Shown here piece by piece: positions 9,459 through 17,431 of a DNA stretch of 32,000 nt (positions within the stretch are counted from its first letter, which is position 1; every line of letters begins with the position of its first letter). The notes under the pieces are model-generated. The model was given only the letters and a program-made list of their open reading frames with translations, made no database searches and had not been told where the DNA came from. Both the position numbers and the translations under genes were made by a program. This stretch comes from Pyrodictium abyssi (GTDB lineage: Archaea; Thermoproteota; Thermoprotei_A; Sulfolobales; Pyrodictiaceae), in the NCBI RefSeq assembly GCF_036323395.1, contig NZ_AP028907.1, positions 30,001 through 62,000 of the forward strand, given 5' to 3'.

Positions 9459-9609
9459 GGGCTAGAACCGGGTCCTCCGCCCCTACTTCGACCCCCTACG
9501 CGGGGGCATCCGGGGCTTCACCGGGTCCCCTGCATAGAGTCGGGGACTGTCACATTAATCTTTGTTTGCGGCGTGCCTGGGGTGGCTACGGCGTGGCTTG
9601 TCTTGGGGC

Positions 9610-10157
9610 TCGTATGCTTCGCCGACGAGTCTGGGTCGCCGGTATGCTGCACTGTCATGTGTATGTCTATCCTCTGCTTCGAGCGGAGGCCGGGCGTAGC
9701 CAGCCATATGCACGGCTACGAGGCCTGGACCTCTGTACGCCCGGCTGCTCGGCTGGCACCGGGGCGAGCTGAAGTACCGTGGCGCTAGGCGCGCAGCAGA
9801 GAGGAGGGGGATAGGGGTGGAGGGGGTCCTGGCACGCATCCTCGCAGCAACCGTGCTTGCCGCGGGTGCTGCGTCCACGTGGAGGAGGCCCCTAGAGCTA
9901 AGGCCGGGGCTCGTAGAGGCCGTAGCGGGGCTCGTGCCCGGAGGCTCCACGGTGTTCCTTGACAACGAGGCTCTGCCCGGGGGCCTGGCGGGGCTAGGAG
10001 GCTCTCGCGGAGGCTCGGTGTGTGGCTGCGGTTCGCGGATAGCGCTAGGACTCCGGGCGTCCAGTTGGCTGATATCCTGGCCGGCTACCTGAGGGAGGAA
10101 GGCGTTATGGGGTGCCGCGTCCTCCTGGATAGAGTAGGGCGGGCTAGACTTGCATAG
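9610..10157 (+). pseudogene. DUF3800-like protein, multiply frameshifted
   Basis: Pieces in different frames: LVCFADESGSP; GMLHCHVYVYPLLRAEAG; HMHGYEAW; PLYARLLGWHRGELKYRGARRAAERRGIGVEGVL...GGSTVFLDNEALPGGLAG; ARRLSRRLGVWLRFADSARTPGVQLADILAGYLREEGVMGCRVLLDRVGRARLA*. Confidence 0.5.
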
Positions 10158-11244
10158 GCTCTACGAGGAGGCGTGCCAGGGGCTGCGTCTCTGCCCCCGC
10201 CCCCTCCCCCCGGGGCTCCGGGGCGCAGAGCCGTCTATACTGGCCCGTGTCGACCCGCTGCTTGCCTCCTCCATAACCGGCGGCGAGCCAGCGCTCTACT
10301 ACGAGGGCCTCTGGCTGCTCCAGGGGCTGCTGAGGAGGCTACGCGGGAGGGAATGCCCCTACTGCGGGAGGCCAGCCCTCCACGCCGCTGGTGCATGGAG
10401 TATCTCTGTCGAAGGCGTGGAGGGCAAAGCCATTCTGGAGGGCCTCGTCCCTCTCTGCGGCTCGTGCCTCCTCACCTATAGGCTCGACGAGGCGTTCTCC
10501 CGTGGGCTCCTCCGGGAGGCTGTCCGGCACCTCGTGGTCGTCAACTGGGTTCCCGAGGACGTGGCTCTTGCCGTTGTGGACCGTGTGCTCGGGGAGTGGA
10601 AGGAGACGCTCCGGGTGAGGCGGTGGAGCATAGAGATGCCTGGCCTCCTGGACTACGGGATGGACCGGGACCATGTAGGGGTGCTGGAGGAGCTGGCCGA
10701 GAGGCTCGTCAACCCGCCCTACCTGGTCGAGGACGAATGGCTCCTCGTCCTCGGCGGGGACGCTGAGGCCCAGCGGGCGCGCGCGGCCGAGGCCCTGGAG
10801 GCCCTCTGCGAGGGGAGGCTGGGGGCAGCCGCCCTGGCCGCCAAGGCGGCCGAGCTGGGGCTTAGCACCGAGCCCAAGAGGATAAAGATGTACGTGGAGT
10901 CGCTAATCGCTAGGGATGTCTGCCGGAAGCCCCTCTACAAGGCGCTAGAGATGCTCGAGGGCGCATGGCTGCTCATGGTCCCCCGGAGGCTCCGCGCCTG
11001 GCTCGTGGTAGCATTGGCGGAGGAGGCTGAGAAGAGCCCCTGGCTACTCCGGCTCGAGACCCCCCTGGGGCCGCGCGAGCCAGCCCCGGTGGCCATCTAC
11101 ACGGCCAGCGTGTTCGACGTGGCTGGCATAGCGGAGGCAGCGCGGAGGCTCCACGAGCTACTCCCAGGGCAGCCCCTGGCGATGGCCTACAAGCCAGGCC
11201 TACCCGGACACCGGCTGGCAAACCACCTACTCTACAGCTACTAG
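10150..11244 (+). CDS. Hypothetical protein with CPYC...CGSC Zn-ribbon/HNH-like motif
   Basis: 364-aa ORF; GRECPYCGRPALHAAGAWSISVEGVEGKAILEGLVPLCGSCLLTYRLD. Confidence 0.7.
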   Translation: MHRLYEEACQGLRLCPRPLPPGLRGAEPSILARVDPLLASSITGGEPALYYEGLWLLQGLLRRLRGRECPYCGRPALHAAGAWSISVEGVEGKAILEGLVPLCGSCLLTYRLDEAFSRGLLREAVRHLVVVNWVPEDVALAVVDRVLGEWKETLRVRRWSIEMPGLLDYGMDRDHVGVLEELAERLVNPPYLVEDEWLLVLGGDAEAQRARAAEALEALCEGRLGAAALAAKAAELGLSTEPKRIKMYVESLIARDVCRKPLYKALEMLEGAWLLMVPRRLRAWLVVALAEEAEKSPWLLRLETPLGPREPAPVAIYTASVFDVAGIAEAARRLHELLPGQPLAMAYKPGLPGHRLANHLLYSY

Positions 11245-11316
11245 CTTGCTGGACTACCGCTGCGCCGGGCAAGCCTAATAGCGTCTGAAAGCCGTAGTCG
11301 AGCCTGGTGGCCAGGA

Positions 11317-11577
11317 GTGGACCTGGTGGCAGAAACACGGGTGGGCCGTAAGGGCGCTATCTACATACCTAAGGGCATACTACGCCGGCTGGGTGTCGAG
11401 GAGGGAGACCAGGTTGTTATACGCGTCGAGGACGAGAAGAGAATTACCCTAGAGTTCATCCCCGACCCCTTCCTGCTAGCAGCGAGGCAAAAGCCCTGGG
11501 CCCGGACGAGCGTAGAGGAGTTCGAGAAGGAGAGTGAGGAGGAGCAGCTTGGCTGGACCAGTGAGGGCTCTGCTTGA
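11317..11577 (+). CDS. vapB: AbrB/SpoVT-type antitoxin (VapB-like)
   Basis: ETRVGRKGAIYIPKGILRRLGVEEGDQVVIRVEDEKRITLE; overlaps the downstream PIN gene. Confidence 0.85.
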   Translation: MDLVAETRVGRKGAIYIPKGILRRLGVEEGDQVVIRVEDEKRITLEFIPDPFLLAARQKPWARTSVEEFEKESEEEQLGWTSEGSA

Positions 11578-12031
11578 CACTAGCTACTTCCTCCCCGTAT
11601 TCGGGGTCGCTGTAGAGGGCCTAGAGCCCAGCGACCTCCTCGCGATAAGGAGGTACGCGCTCCGGGGCAAGCTAGAGCTATACTACGCCGAAGTAATGTG
11701 GCTAGAACTTGTTCCAAAGGTGTACCGGGAAGCGCAACGGAGAGGATACAACGCCGACGCCATAGTAGAGCAGGGAGCCAAGTCTATAATGAAGGCGAGC
11801 TACCTCAAGCGCGCCCTCGTGGACTGGAAGGCGGTCAGGATAGCCTACGAGATGCGGAGACTAGGCCACCGGGACATGATAGACAATATGCTCTACGGTA
11901 TAGCTTCCTCTCAAGGCCTAGTACTAGTGACCATGGATAGAGCGCTTGCCGGCCTCGCCCGGGACAGAGCGGCTGGAGGCGCAAAAATCCTGGACCATAA
12001 CGAGCTGCTGAAAATGCTCCAGGACGGCTAA
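11561..12031 (+). CDS. vapC: PIN-domain toxin (VapC-like)
   Basis: GTG start overlapping the antitoxin stop; ALLDTSYFLPVF...GHRDMIDNMLYGIASSQGLVLVTMDRALAGLA. Confidence 0.87.
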   Translation: MRALLDTSYFLPVFGVAVEGLEPSDLLAIRRYALRGKLELYYAEVMWLELVPKVYREAQRRGYNADAIVEQGAKSIMKASYLKRALVDWKAVRIAYEMRRLGHRDMIDNMLYGIASSQGLVLVTMDRALAGLARDRAAGGAKILDHNELLKMLQDG

Positions 12032-12062
12032 AGGCGGCGCCGGAGCCCCCTAGCCCTCCGGG

Positions 12063-13262
12063 TCACCCGCCCCGGAGGAGCCGCTCGTAGCTGCGGCGTA
12101 GCTTCTCGTGGTACCAGTGCACCAAGGTGCTGCGGAACGCTAGCTTCTTGCCTAGTATCAGTACGCCGCGGTCGGGGCCCAGGCCCACGCCCGCCATTGG
12201 CCGACAGCTGGTTATCAGGGGCTTGTAGGGCTGCTCGCTGCGGCCCCGAAGCCGCGCAGCTATGTTCTCGACCGCGCGGCTCGCGCTGCGCAGAGCCTCC
12301 CTTGCCATCTTGAGGCTTACGCAGTCGCCCCTCCTGAACGCCATAGCGTCGCCGGCCGCGTAGACGCGGCCCCCGAGCCCCTGGACCCGGAGGTACTCGT
12401 CCACCTGGAAGAAGCCACCCCGTGCCAGCGCCTCCCTGGGGGCCTCAATCCCGGGGCCCCGGAGCCCAGCAGACCAGACCACAACGTCGCCCTCCACCCT
12501 CGTGCCGTCCTTCAGCTCGACGCCGCCCTCGTAGACCCTGGTGACCGGGCGGCCCATCTCGAACCCTGCGCCTAGCTCCTCCAGTATCTCCCGGGTCAGC
12601 TTTGAGGCCTTCCGGTTGCCGAGGAGCTGGAGAGGCTCCTCAAGCATATCCACGAGCGTGACCCGCAGCTCCCTGCCCAGCCGCCGGGCTAGCCACAGCG
12701 CCTCCGCCGCAACCTCGACACCCACAAAACCGGCGCCGACGACCACCATGCTCCTTATCCGGCCCTGCTCAATCATCTCGCCCAGGCGCCACGCCTCCCC
12801 GGCACTGTAGACAGTCACGCTGAGTTCCTCGGCCCCAGGCACACCGTAGAACGCGGGCCGCGCACCGGCAGCCACTACGGCGTAGTCGAACTCTAGCACC
12901 TCGCTGTCCTCGAGCCTCATCCGCCCCGGCTCCACAGCAACAACGCGCCTGGCCACCAGCTCCACGCCGAGCCTCCTCGCGTAGCCCTCAACGCCCCACT
13001 CTACGTCCTCGGGCCGGTAGCGGCGGCTAACCAGCGCTGGCAGCAGGGGGAGAAACACCAGCTTGGAGTTCGCAGTCACCCAGATGCACTCGTTCCCGTC
13101 ACAGAGGCCGAGCCTGTGGAGCCGGCGTACAGCCTCTACCCCGGCAAACCCGCTACCAACAACAACTATCCGGGCCACAGCGGCCAGCACCCAGGAGCCC
13201 AGGTAGCCTACCCCAAGCCAAAAGAATGCTACCACACCATGCAGCCACAAAGCCTCTAACAA
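12063..13262 (-). CDS. FAD-dependent NADH dehydrogenase / pyridine nucleotide-disulfide oxidoreductase (NDH-2/SQR-like)
   Basis: RIVVVGSGFAGVEAVRRL, MVVVGAGFVGVEVAAE, GRVYAAGDAM; true start may be within the hydrophobic N-term. Confidence 0.87.
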   Translation of the reverse strand: MLEALWLHGVVAFFWLGVGYLGSWVLAAVARIVVVGSGFAGVEAVRRLHRLGLCDGNECIWVTANSKLVFLPLLPALVSRRYRPEDVEWGVEGYARRLGVELVARRVVAVEPGRMRLEDSEVLEFDYAVVAAGARPAFYGVPGAEELSVTVYSAGEAWRLGEMIEQGRIRSMVVVGAGFVGVEVAAEALWLARRLGRELRVTLVDMLEEPLQLLGNRKASKLTREILEELGAGFEMGRPVTRVYEGGVELKDGTRVEGDVVVWSAGLRGPGIEAPREALARGGFFQVDEYLRVQGLGGRVYAAGDAMAFRRGDCVSLKMAREALRSASRAVENIAARLRGRSEQPYKPLITSCRPMAGVGLGPDRGVLILGKKLAFRSTLVHWYHEKLRRSYERLLRGG

Positions 13263-13411
13263 AACGTAGCCACTACAGCCAGCCGGTAGACGACTGGCAC
13301 TACGAAGTAGACATGGATACTTAAGAAGGTGGCGGACCGGGACTGGAGCGTGCCGAGCAGAAGCAAGGACACGCTCAAAGCGTGGAGACCCTGGGGCTAG
13401 GATATGGAATT

Positions 13412-13422
13412 GAAGTAAAAAG
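13412..13422 (-). terminator. T-rich terminator-like element of cannula gene B
   Basis: Minus strand CTTTTTACTTC, same distance from the stop as at copy A. Confidence 0.55.
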
Positions 13423-13458
13423 GTGTATGGTTGGGGCTAGGGGCTATGGGTGTGGGTG

Positions 13459-13998
13459 TTAGCTGACGCTTAGTACCTGGAAGTTGAGTATCACTGGTAG
13501 GCTGTCGAATAGCATGCCCTCCCTGGCCTCGTAGTAGGCTGTCACAGTTATGTTGGCCTGGTTATCGCTGCCTAGGTCCTCGTCGTCTAGTATTATGACT
13601 GCGCTGGGCTTCTCGAGGCTCAACACAGCCTTGATCTCGTCTACCTCGCCGCTAGTTGTCGCCTTGGACTCTATTACTAGCTGTAAGTAGTCGAAGTATG
13701 GCCTTAGCTGGGCAGCATTGGCTAGAGTCACCTTCAGCTTTACAGTGTCGACCTGGGCGTTGTTGGGCTCTGTTATCTTCACGTAGCCCATGTATATCTT
13801 GCCCTGTGCGCCAGCGGCGGGAGCTATACTGTTGACCGTGAGGTGGCTTTCTACGTCTATTGGCTCGCTTACCGCCTGAGCCTCGCCGGTGGCGTAGAAG
13901 CTGCTTAGCGGGCTCTGGGTAGTGGCGAAGCCAGCTAGCAGGGCGAGAGCGGCAGCCGAGGCCACGATGCCAGCCAGAGCCAGGGTCGTATACCTCAT
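13459..13998 (-). CDS. Cannula subunit-like secreted protein (Pyrodictium CanA/B/C family), copy B
   Basis: 179 aa; MRYTTLALAGIVASAAALALLAGFATTQSPLSSFYATGEAQAVSEPIDVESHL...AYYEAREGMLFDSLPVILNFQVLSVS. Confidence 0.95.
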   Translation of the reverse strand: MRYTTLALAGIVASAAALALLAGFATTQSPLSSFYATGEAQAVSEPIDVESHLTVNSIAPAAGAQGKIYMGYVKITEPNNAQVDTVKLKVTLANAAQLRPYFDYLQLVIESKATTSGEVDEIKAVLSLEKPSAVIILDDEDLGSDNQANITVTAYYEAREGMLFDSLPVILNFQVLSVS

Positions 13999-14024
13999 GG
14001 CTTGTTCACCTTAGGCACGGGCTC

Positions 14025-14061
14025 TGGTCGTGTATAGCGAGGCCCTAGGATGTAATAAATA
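14025..14061 (-). promoter_or_regulatory. Predicted promoter of cannula gene B (TATTTATTAC box, ACACGACCA near TSS)
   Basis: Minus strand TATTTATTAC near 14052-14061, ACACGACCA at 14025-14033. Confidence 0.5.
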
Positions 14062-14196
14062 CTGTACACTTCGGGGCAAACGAGATAATGATGCGTAAAG
14101 TATAAAACTTGTGGGAGTGTGATGGGAGGCGCCTTTGTTGTGGTGTTCCGCTTCATGTACTGGATGGCTTAGTGGTTTCCGTACTATGGCTAGCTG

Positions 14197-14844
14197 TTAA
14201 CTATGGTGGGCTAGTGCCTCTTGTACGAATGGGTTGGCTTGTTTCTCGCGTGCTAGTGTTGTCTCTGGGCCGTGGCCTGGTAGCACGAGTGTGTCCGGGG
14301 GTAGTAGCGTGTAGAGGCGGCGGAGGCTCTGGAGTAGCTGACTGTAGCTGGAGCCGGGGAAGTCTGTCCGGCCGACACTCCCGGCGAAGAGGAGGTCCCC
14401 GGTGAACACTGTGGAGCCGCCTACGAGTACGAGGGCTGTGTGGCCTGGCGTGTGGCCGGGGGTATGCACTGCCTCTAGCAGGACGTCTCCCACGCGGATA
14501 CGCGCCTGGTCGTGTAGCGGTATGTCCGGCTCTCCCGGGGGTTCTGGGGGCTCTATGCCCCATATCCTGGCGAGCCTTAGGGAGTATTCTAGGGCGGGGC
14601 GGTCGCTGGCGTTGGCTGCGTAGGCTGCGCCGAGCCTGCGGAGACACTCGACCCCGGCGACGTGGTCTATGTGCATGTGCGTGGCTGCTACCACTTCTAC
14701 GCGCTGGCAGCCTGCTTCGCGGAGCCTCTCCTCCGGTATGCACTCGCCCGGGTCTATGACCATGCAGTCGCCGCTGCCCGATACTAGTATGTAGGTGTTG
14801 GTCTCCAGGGGGCCCGTGACCAGCCTCACTATGCGTGGCTTCAC
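14197..14844 (-). CDS. MBL-fold metallo-hydrolase (glyoxalase II-like)
   Basis: THMHIDHVAG, HTPGHTPGH, FTGDLLF, LPGHGPETT. Confidence 0.93.
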   Translation of the reverse strand: MKPRIVRLVTGPLETNTYILVSGSGDCMVIDPGECIPEERLREAGCQRVEVVAATHMHIDHVAGVECLRRLGAAYAANASDRPALEYSLRLARIWGIEPPEPPGEPDIPLHDQARIRVGDVLLEAVHTPGHTPGHTALVLVGGSTVFTGDLLFAGSVGRTDFPGSSYSQLLQSLRRLYTLLPPDTLVLPGHGPETTLAREKQANPFVQEALAHHS

Positions 14845-14949
14845 GCTGCTGCCCCGCGGCGGGCCGGGGGCTAGGCTTCTAATGAGGGCTCGGGTCCCCG
14901 TGGGCGCTGGCCCGCCGGGGCCTGGGGCTGTGTCTGAGGGGCTGCGGCT

Positions 14950-15816
14950 GTGCCGCGTGGAGGTGGCGCTGCGGCTGCCGGGCGTAGGGGCGGCTGGAGG
15001 AGCCTAGCCGAAGCTGTTGCGGCTGCTGTGCTCTGGGGGAGTATAGGCGTTGTCTACAGGATGGGTGTAGCCGGTGGCGCGGATGGGGCCTGGCTCGTTC
15101 TCGGGCGGCCGCTCCTGGCGGGGCTCCCGGGCCTAGCGGCTGCCGTGCTTGGGCTTAGCCGGCCGAGCCGGTGGAGCGCCGCGGTGGGGCTCCTCGGGCT
15201 AGCCCCGCTCTACGCCTCCTACTTCCTGGCCGTGGAGAGGCTAGGGGCTGCGCTGGCTAGTGTGCTGCTGTACACGGCGCCAGTGTGGGTCGTGCTTGTC
15301 TCGGGGCCGGTGCTCGGCGAGCCTCCCGGGGCCCGGGGCCTGGCCGCAGCTGTGGCTGGCTTCGCGGGTGTAGCGCTCATAGCCGGGCCTGGCGCCGGGC
15401 CTGCCGACGCTCTGGGGCTCGTGCTGGGCCTTGTCTCGGGGGCCAGCTACGCGTGCTACATTGTCCTAGCCCGCTACGCGCAGGCGCGCGGCGCCCGTGT
15501 AGCGGAGGTAGCCGTCCATAGCCTCCCCTTCGCGGCCCTAGGGGTGGCCGCTGTTGTGAGGCCTGCTGGGCTGCCGGGGCTACTGGACCTGGCCTATGCC
15601 GGCTACCTGGCCTTTGTGGGGACGCTCCTCCCCTACACGCTTAGCAGCCGGGCGCTGAGGCGGCTGGAGGCGCACCGCGTAGCCGTAGTGAGCCTAGTGG
15701 AGCCCCTGACGGCGATACTCCTGGCTGTGCTGCTACTCGGCGAGAAGCTCTCAACGGCCCAGGCTCTGGGCGCCGCGCTTGTATTGGCTTCGTCCCTGCT
15801 AGCGGCCCGGGGGTAG
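14950..15816 (+). CDS. EamA/DMT-family transporter
   Basis: Two EamA repeats; VLWGSIGVVYRMG...LVEPLTAILLAVLLLGEKLSTAQALGAALVLASSLL; N-terminal start uncertain. Confidence 0.88.
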   Translation: MPRGGGAAAAGRRGGWRSLAEAVAAAVLWGSIGVVYRMGVAGGADGAWLVLGRPLLAGLPGLAAAVLGLSRPSRWSAAVGLLGLAPLYASYFLAVERLGAALASVLLYTAPVWVVLVSGPVLGEPPGARGLAAAVAGFAGVALIAGPGAGPADALGLVLGLVSGASYACYIVLARYAQARGARVAEVAVHSLPFAALGVAAVVRPAGLPGLLDLAYAGYLAFVGTLLPYTLSSRALRRLEAHRVAVVSLVEPLTAILLAVLLLGEKLSTAQALGAALVLASSLLAARG

Positions 15817-15921
15817 CCCTTCTCCATCAGCTATGTGGGCTGCTGCGCCGGGTCTAATAGGCCGCTCCCCCGGTACTGCTACCGGTGTGCCCTCCCCTCA
15901 CGCTGGGGTGCTACCCGGGCC

Positions 15922-17316
15922 TTGGGCTTCATCCGCAACCGCAGCGTCCTCGAGAAGACCGGGCTGCACAGCGACCTCCTGGACGCGCTGGAGGCCGCTC
16001 TGGAGGCTGTCGAGCCCCGGAGGCTGCTAGCCCGGTGGCTCCGGCGGCGCGGCGGCTGCGTCGAGGTGCGGCGTGTCGGCGAGCTATGCCCCCGTGGAGG
16101 CGTCTACGTGGCTGGCTTCGGCAAGGCGTCGCGGGGCATGGCCGAGGCGGTTGTGGACGCCCTCGGCGACCTCGTGGAGGCCGGTGTCGTGGTGGCGCCG
16201 CGGGGCATGGCCGGGCGCGTCGGCCCCGTGGAGGTCCTTGAGGGCGACCACCCGATGCCCGGGCCGCGTACCCTTGAGGCGAGCCGCCGGCTCCTCGAGC
16301 TCCTCGAGAACGTGCCGGGCGACGGTCTCCTCCTCGTGCTGGTCTCCGGCGGGGGTAGCGCGCTCTTCGAGGTGCCGGCTGACGCTATAAGCCTCGAGGA
16401 CGAGGCCGCTGTTGTCCGAGAGCTTCTACGCAGGGGCGCGGACATCTACGAGCTGAACGCTGTGAGGAAGCACCTATCCGCTGTGAAGGGTGGGCAGCTT
16501 CTACGCTACACGAGGGCTAGCCGTGTCGTCTCGCTGATCATAAGCGATGTCGTCGGCGACCGGCTCGACACCATCGCGTCCGGCCCGACGGCACCAGATG
16601 AGACAAGCTTCCGCGACGCCTACGAGGTCCTCGCCCGGTACGGTGTATGGGACGAAGCGCCCGGGCCGGTGAGGAGGTGGATAGAGGCTGGGCTCCGGGG
16701 CGAGGCGCCGGAGACGCCTAAGCCCGGCGACCCCGTCTTCGAGAGGGTCCACAACATCGTGGTGGCGGGTAACCGTGACGCGCTCCAGGCCGCCGCTGGG
16801 CTCCTCTCCAGCAGGGGCTACCACACGGTGATCCTCACCGACAGGATGAGGGGGGAGGCACGGGAGGCGGCCAAGCTGCTGGCCGGCGTGGTCGAGTCGG
16901 TCGCCTCTGGGGGCCCCTCGCCGGTGGAGCCGCCCGCCGCCGTCATAGCGGGCGGCGAGACGACCGTGACTGTCCGGGGCCGGGGCCGCGGGGGCCGTAA
17001 CCAGGAGCTATGCCTCTCGCTAGCCCTGGAGCTCCACCGGGGCCGGGCAGCCGGCCGGTATGTCGCTGCTTGTCTCGGCACTGACGGGGTTGACGGGAAC
17101 AGCCCCGCTGCGGGCGCCTTGGTGGACTGGGAGACCGTGGACAGGGCGCTAGGGCTCGGCCTTGACCCACGCAGGGCGCTGGAGGAGAACGATAGCTACG
17201 GGTTCTTCAGCCGCGTAGGCGGCGTCGTGGATACCGGGGGCTTCACGGGGACTAATGTGAACGACGTGTTCGTAGCGCTGGTGCCGGGGGAGTGTGCTTC
17301 TTCAGCACGTGTTTAA
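15922..17316 (+). CDS. Glycerate 2-kinase (DUF4147/MOFRL)
   Basis: YVAGFGKASRGMAEA, GDHPMPGPRTLEAS, LVLVSGGGSALFEVP, NAVRKHLSAVKGGQL, SGPTAPD, AGGETTVTVRGRGRGGRNQEL, DGVDGNSPAAG; upstream start 15835 also open. Confidence 0.92.
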   Translation: MGFIRNRSVLEKTGLHSDLLDALEAALEAVEPRRLLARWLRRRGGCVEVRRVGELCPRGGVYVAGFGKASRGMAEAVVDALGDLVEAGVVVAPRGMAGRVGPVEVLEGDHPMPGPRTLEASRRLLELLENVPGDGLLLVLVSGGGSALFEVPADAISLEDEAAVVRELLRRGADIYELNAVRKHLSAVKGGQLLRYTRASRVVSLIISDVVGDRLDTIASGPTAPDETSFRDAYEVLARYGVWDEAPGPVRRWIEAGLRGEAPETPKPGDPVFERVHNIVVAGNRDALQAAAGLLSSRGYHTVILTDRMRGEAREAAKLLAGVVESVASGGPSPVEPPAAVIAGGETTVTVRGRGRGGRNQELCLSLALELHRGRAAGRYVAACLGTDGVDGNSPAAGALVDWETVDRALGLGLDPRRALEENDSYGFFSRVGGVVDTGGFTGTNVNDVFVALVPGECASSARV

Positions 17317-17331
17317 GGGGGTTAAAGAGGC

Positions 17332-17369
17332 TATGCCTTAATGCCACTATGGCAATAGGCATAAATACC
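17332..17369 (+). promoter_or_regulatory. Dyad and TATA box upstream of the peroxiredoxin gene
   Basis: TATGCC..TGCC-ACTAT-GGCA..GGCATA abutting ATAAATACC. Confidence 0.55.
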
Positions 17370-17431
17370 AGAAACAACTTCTAGAGAGAAACTGGGACGG
17401 AAAACCGAGAAGATGCAAAGGTGAACAAGCC

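Noticed and set aside
14201-14743. 180-aa minus-strand ORF inside the MBL gene
   Set aside because: Alternate frame of a clearly conserved metallo-hydrolase.
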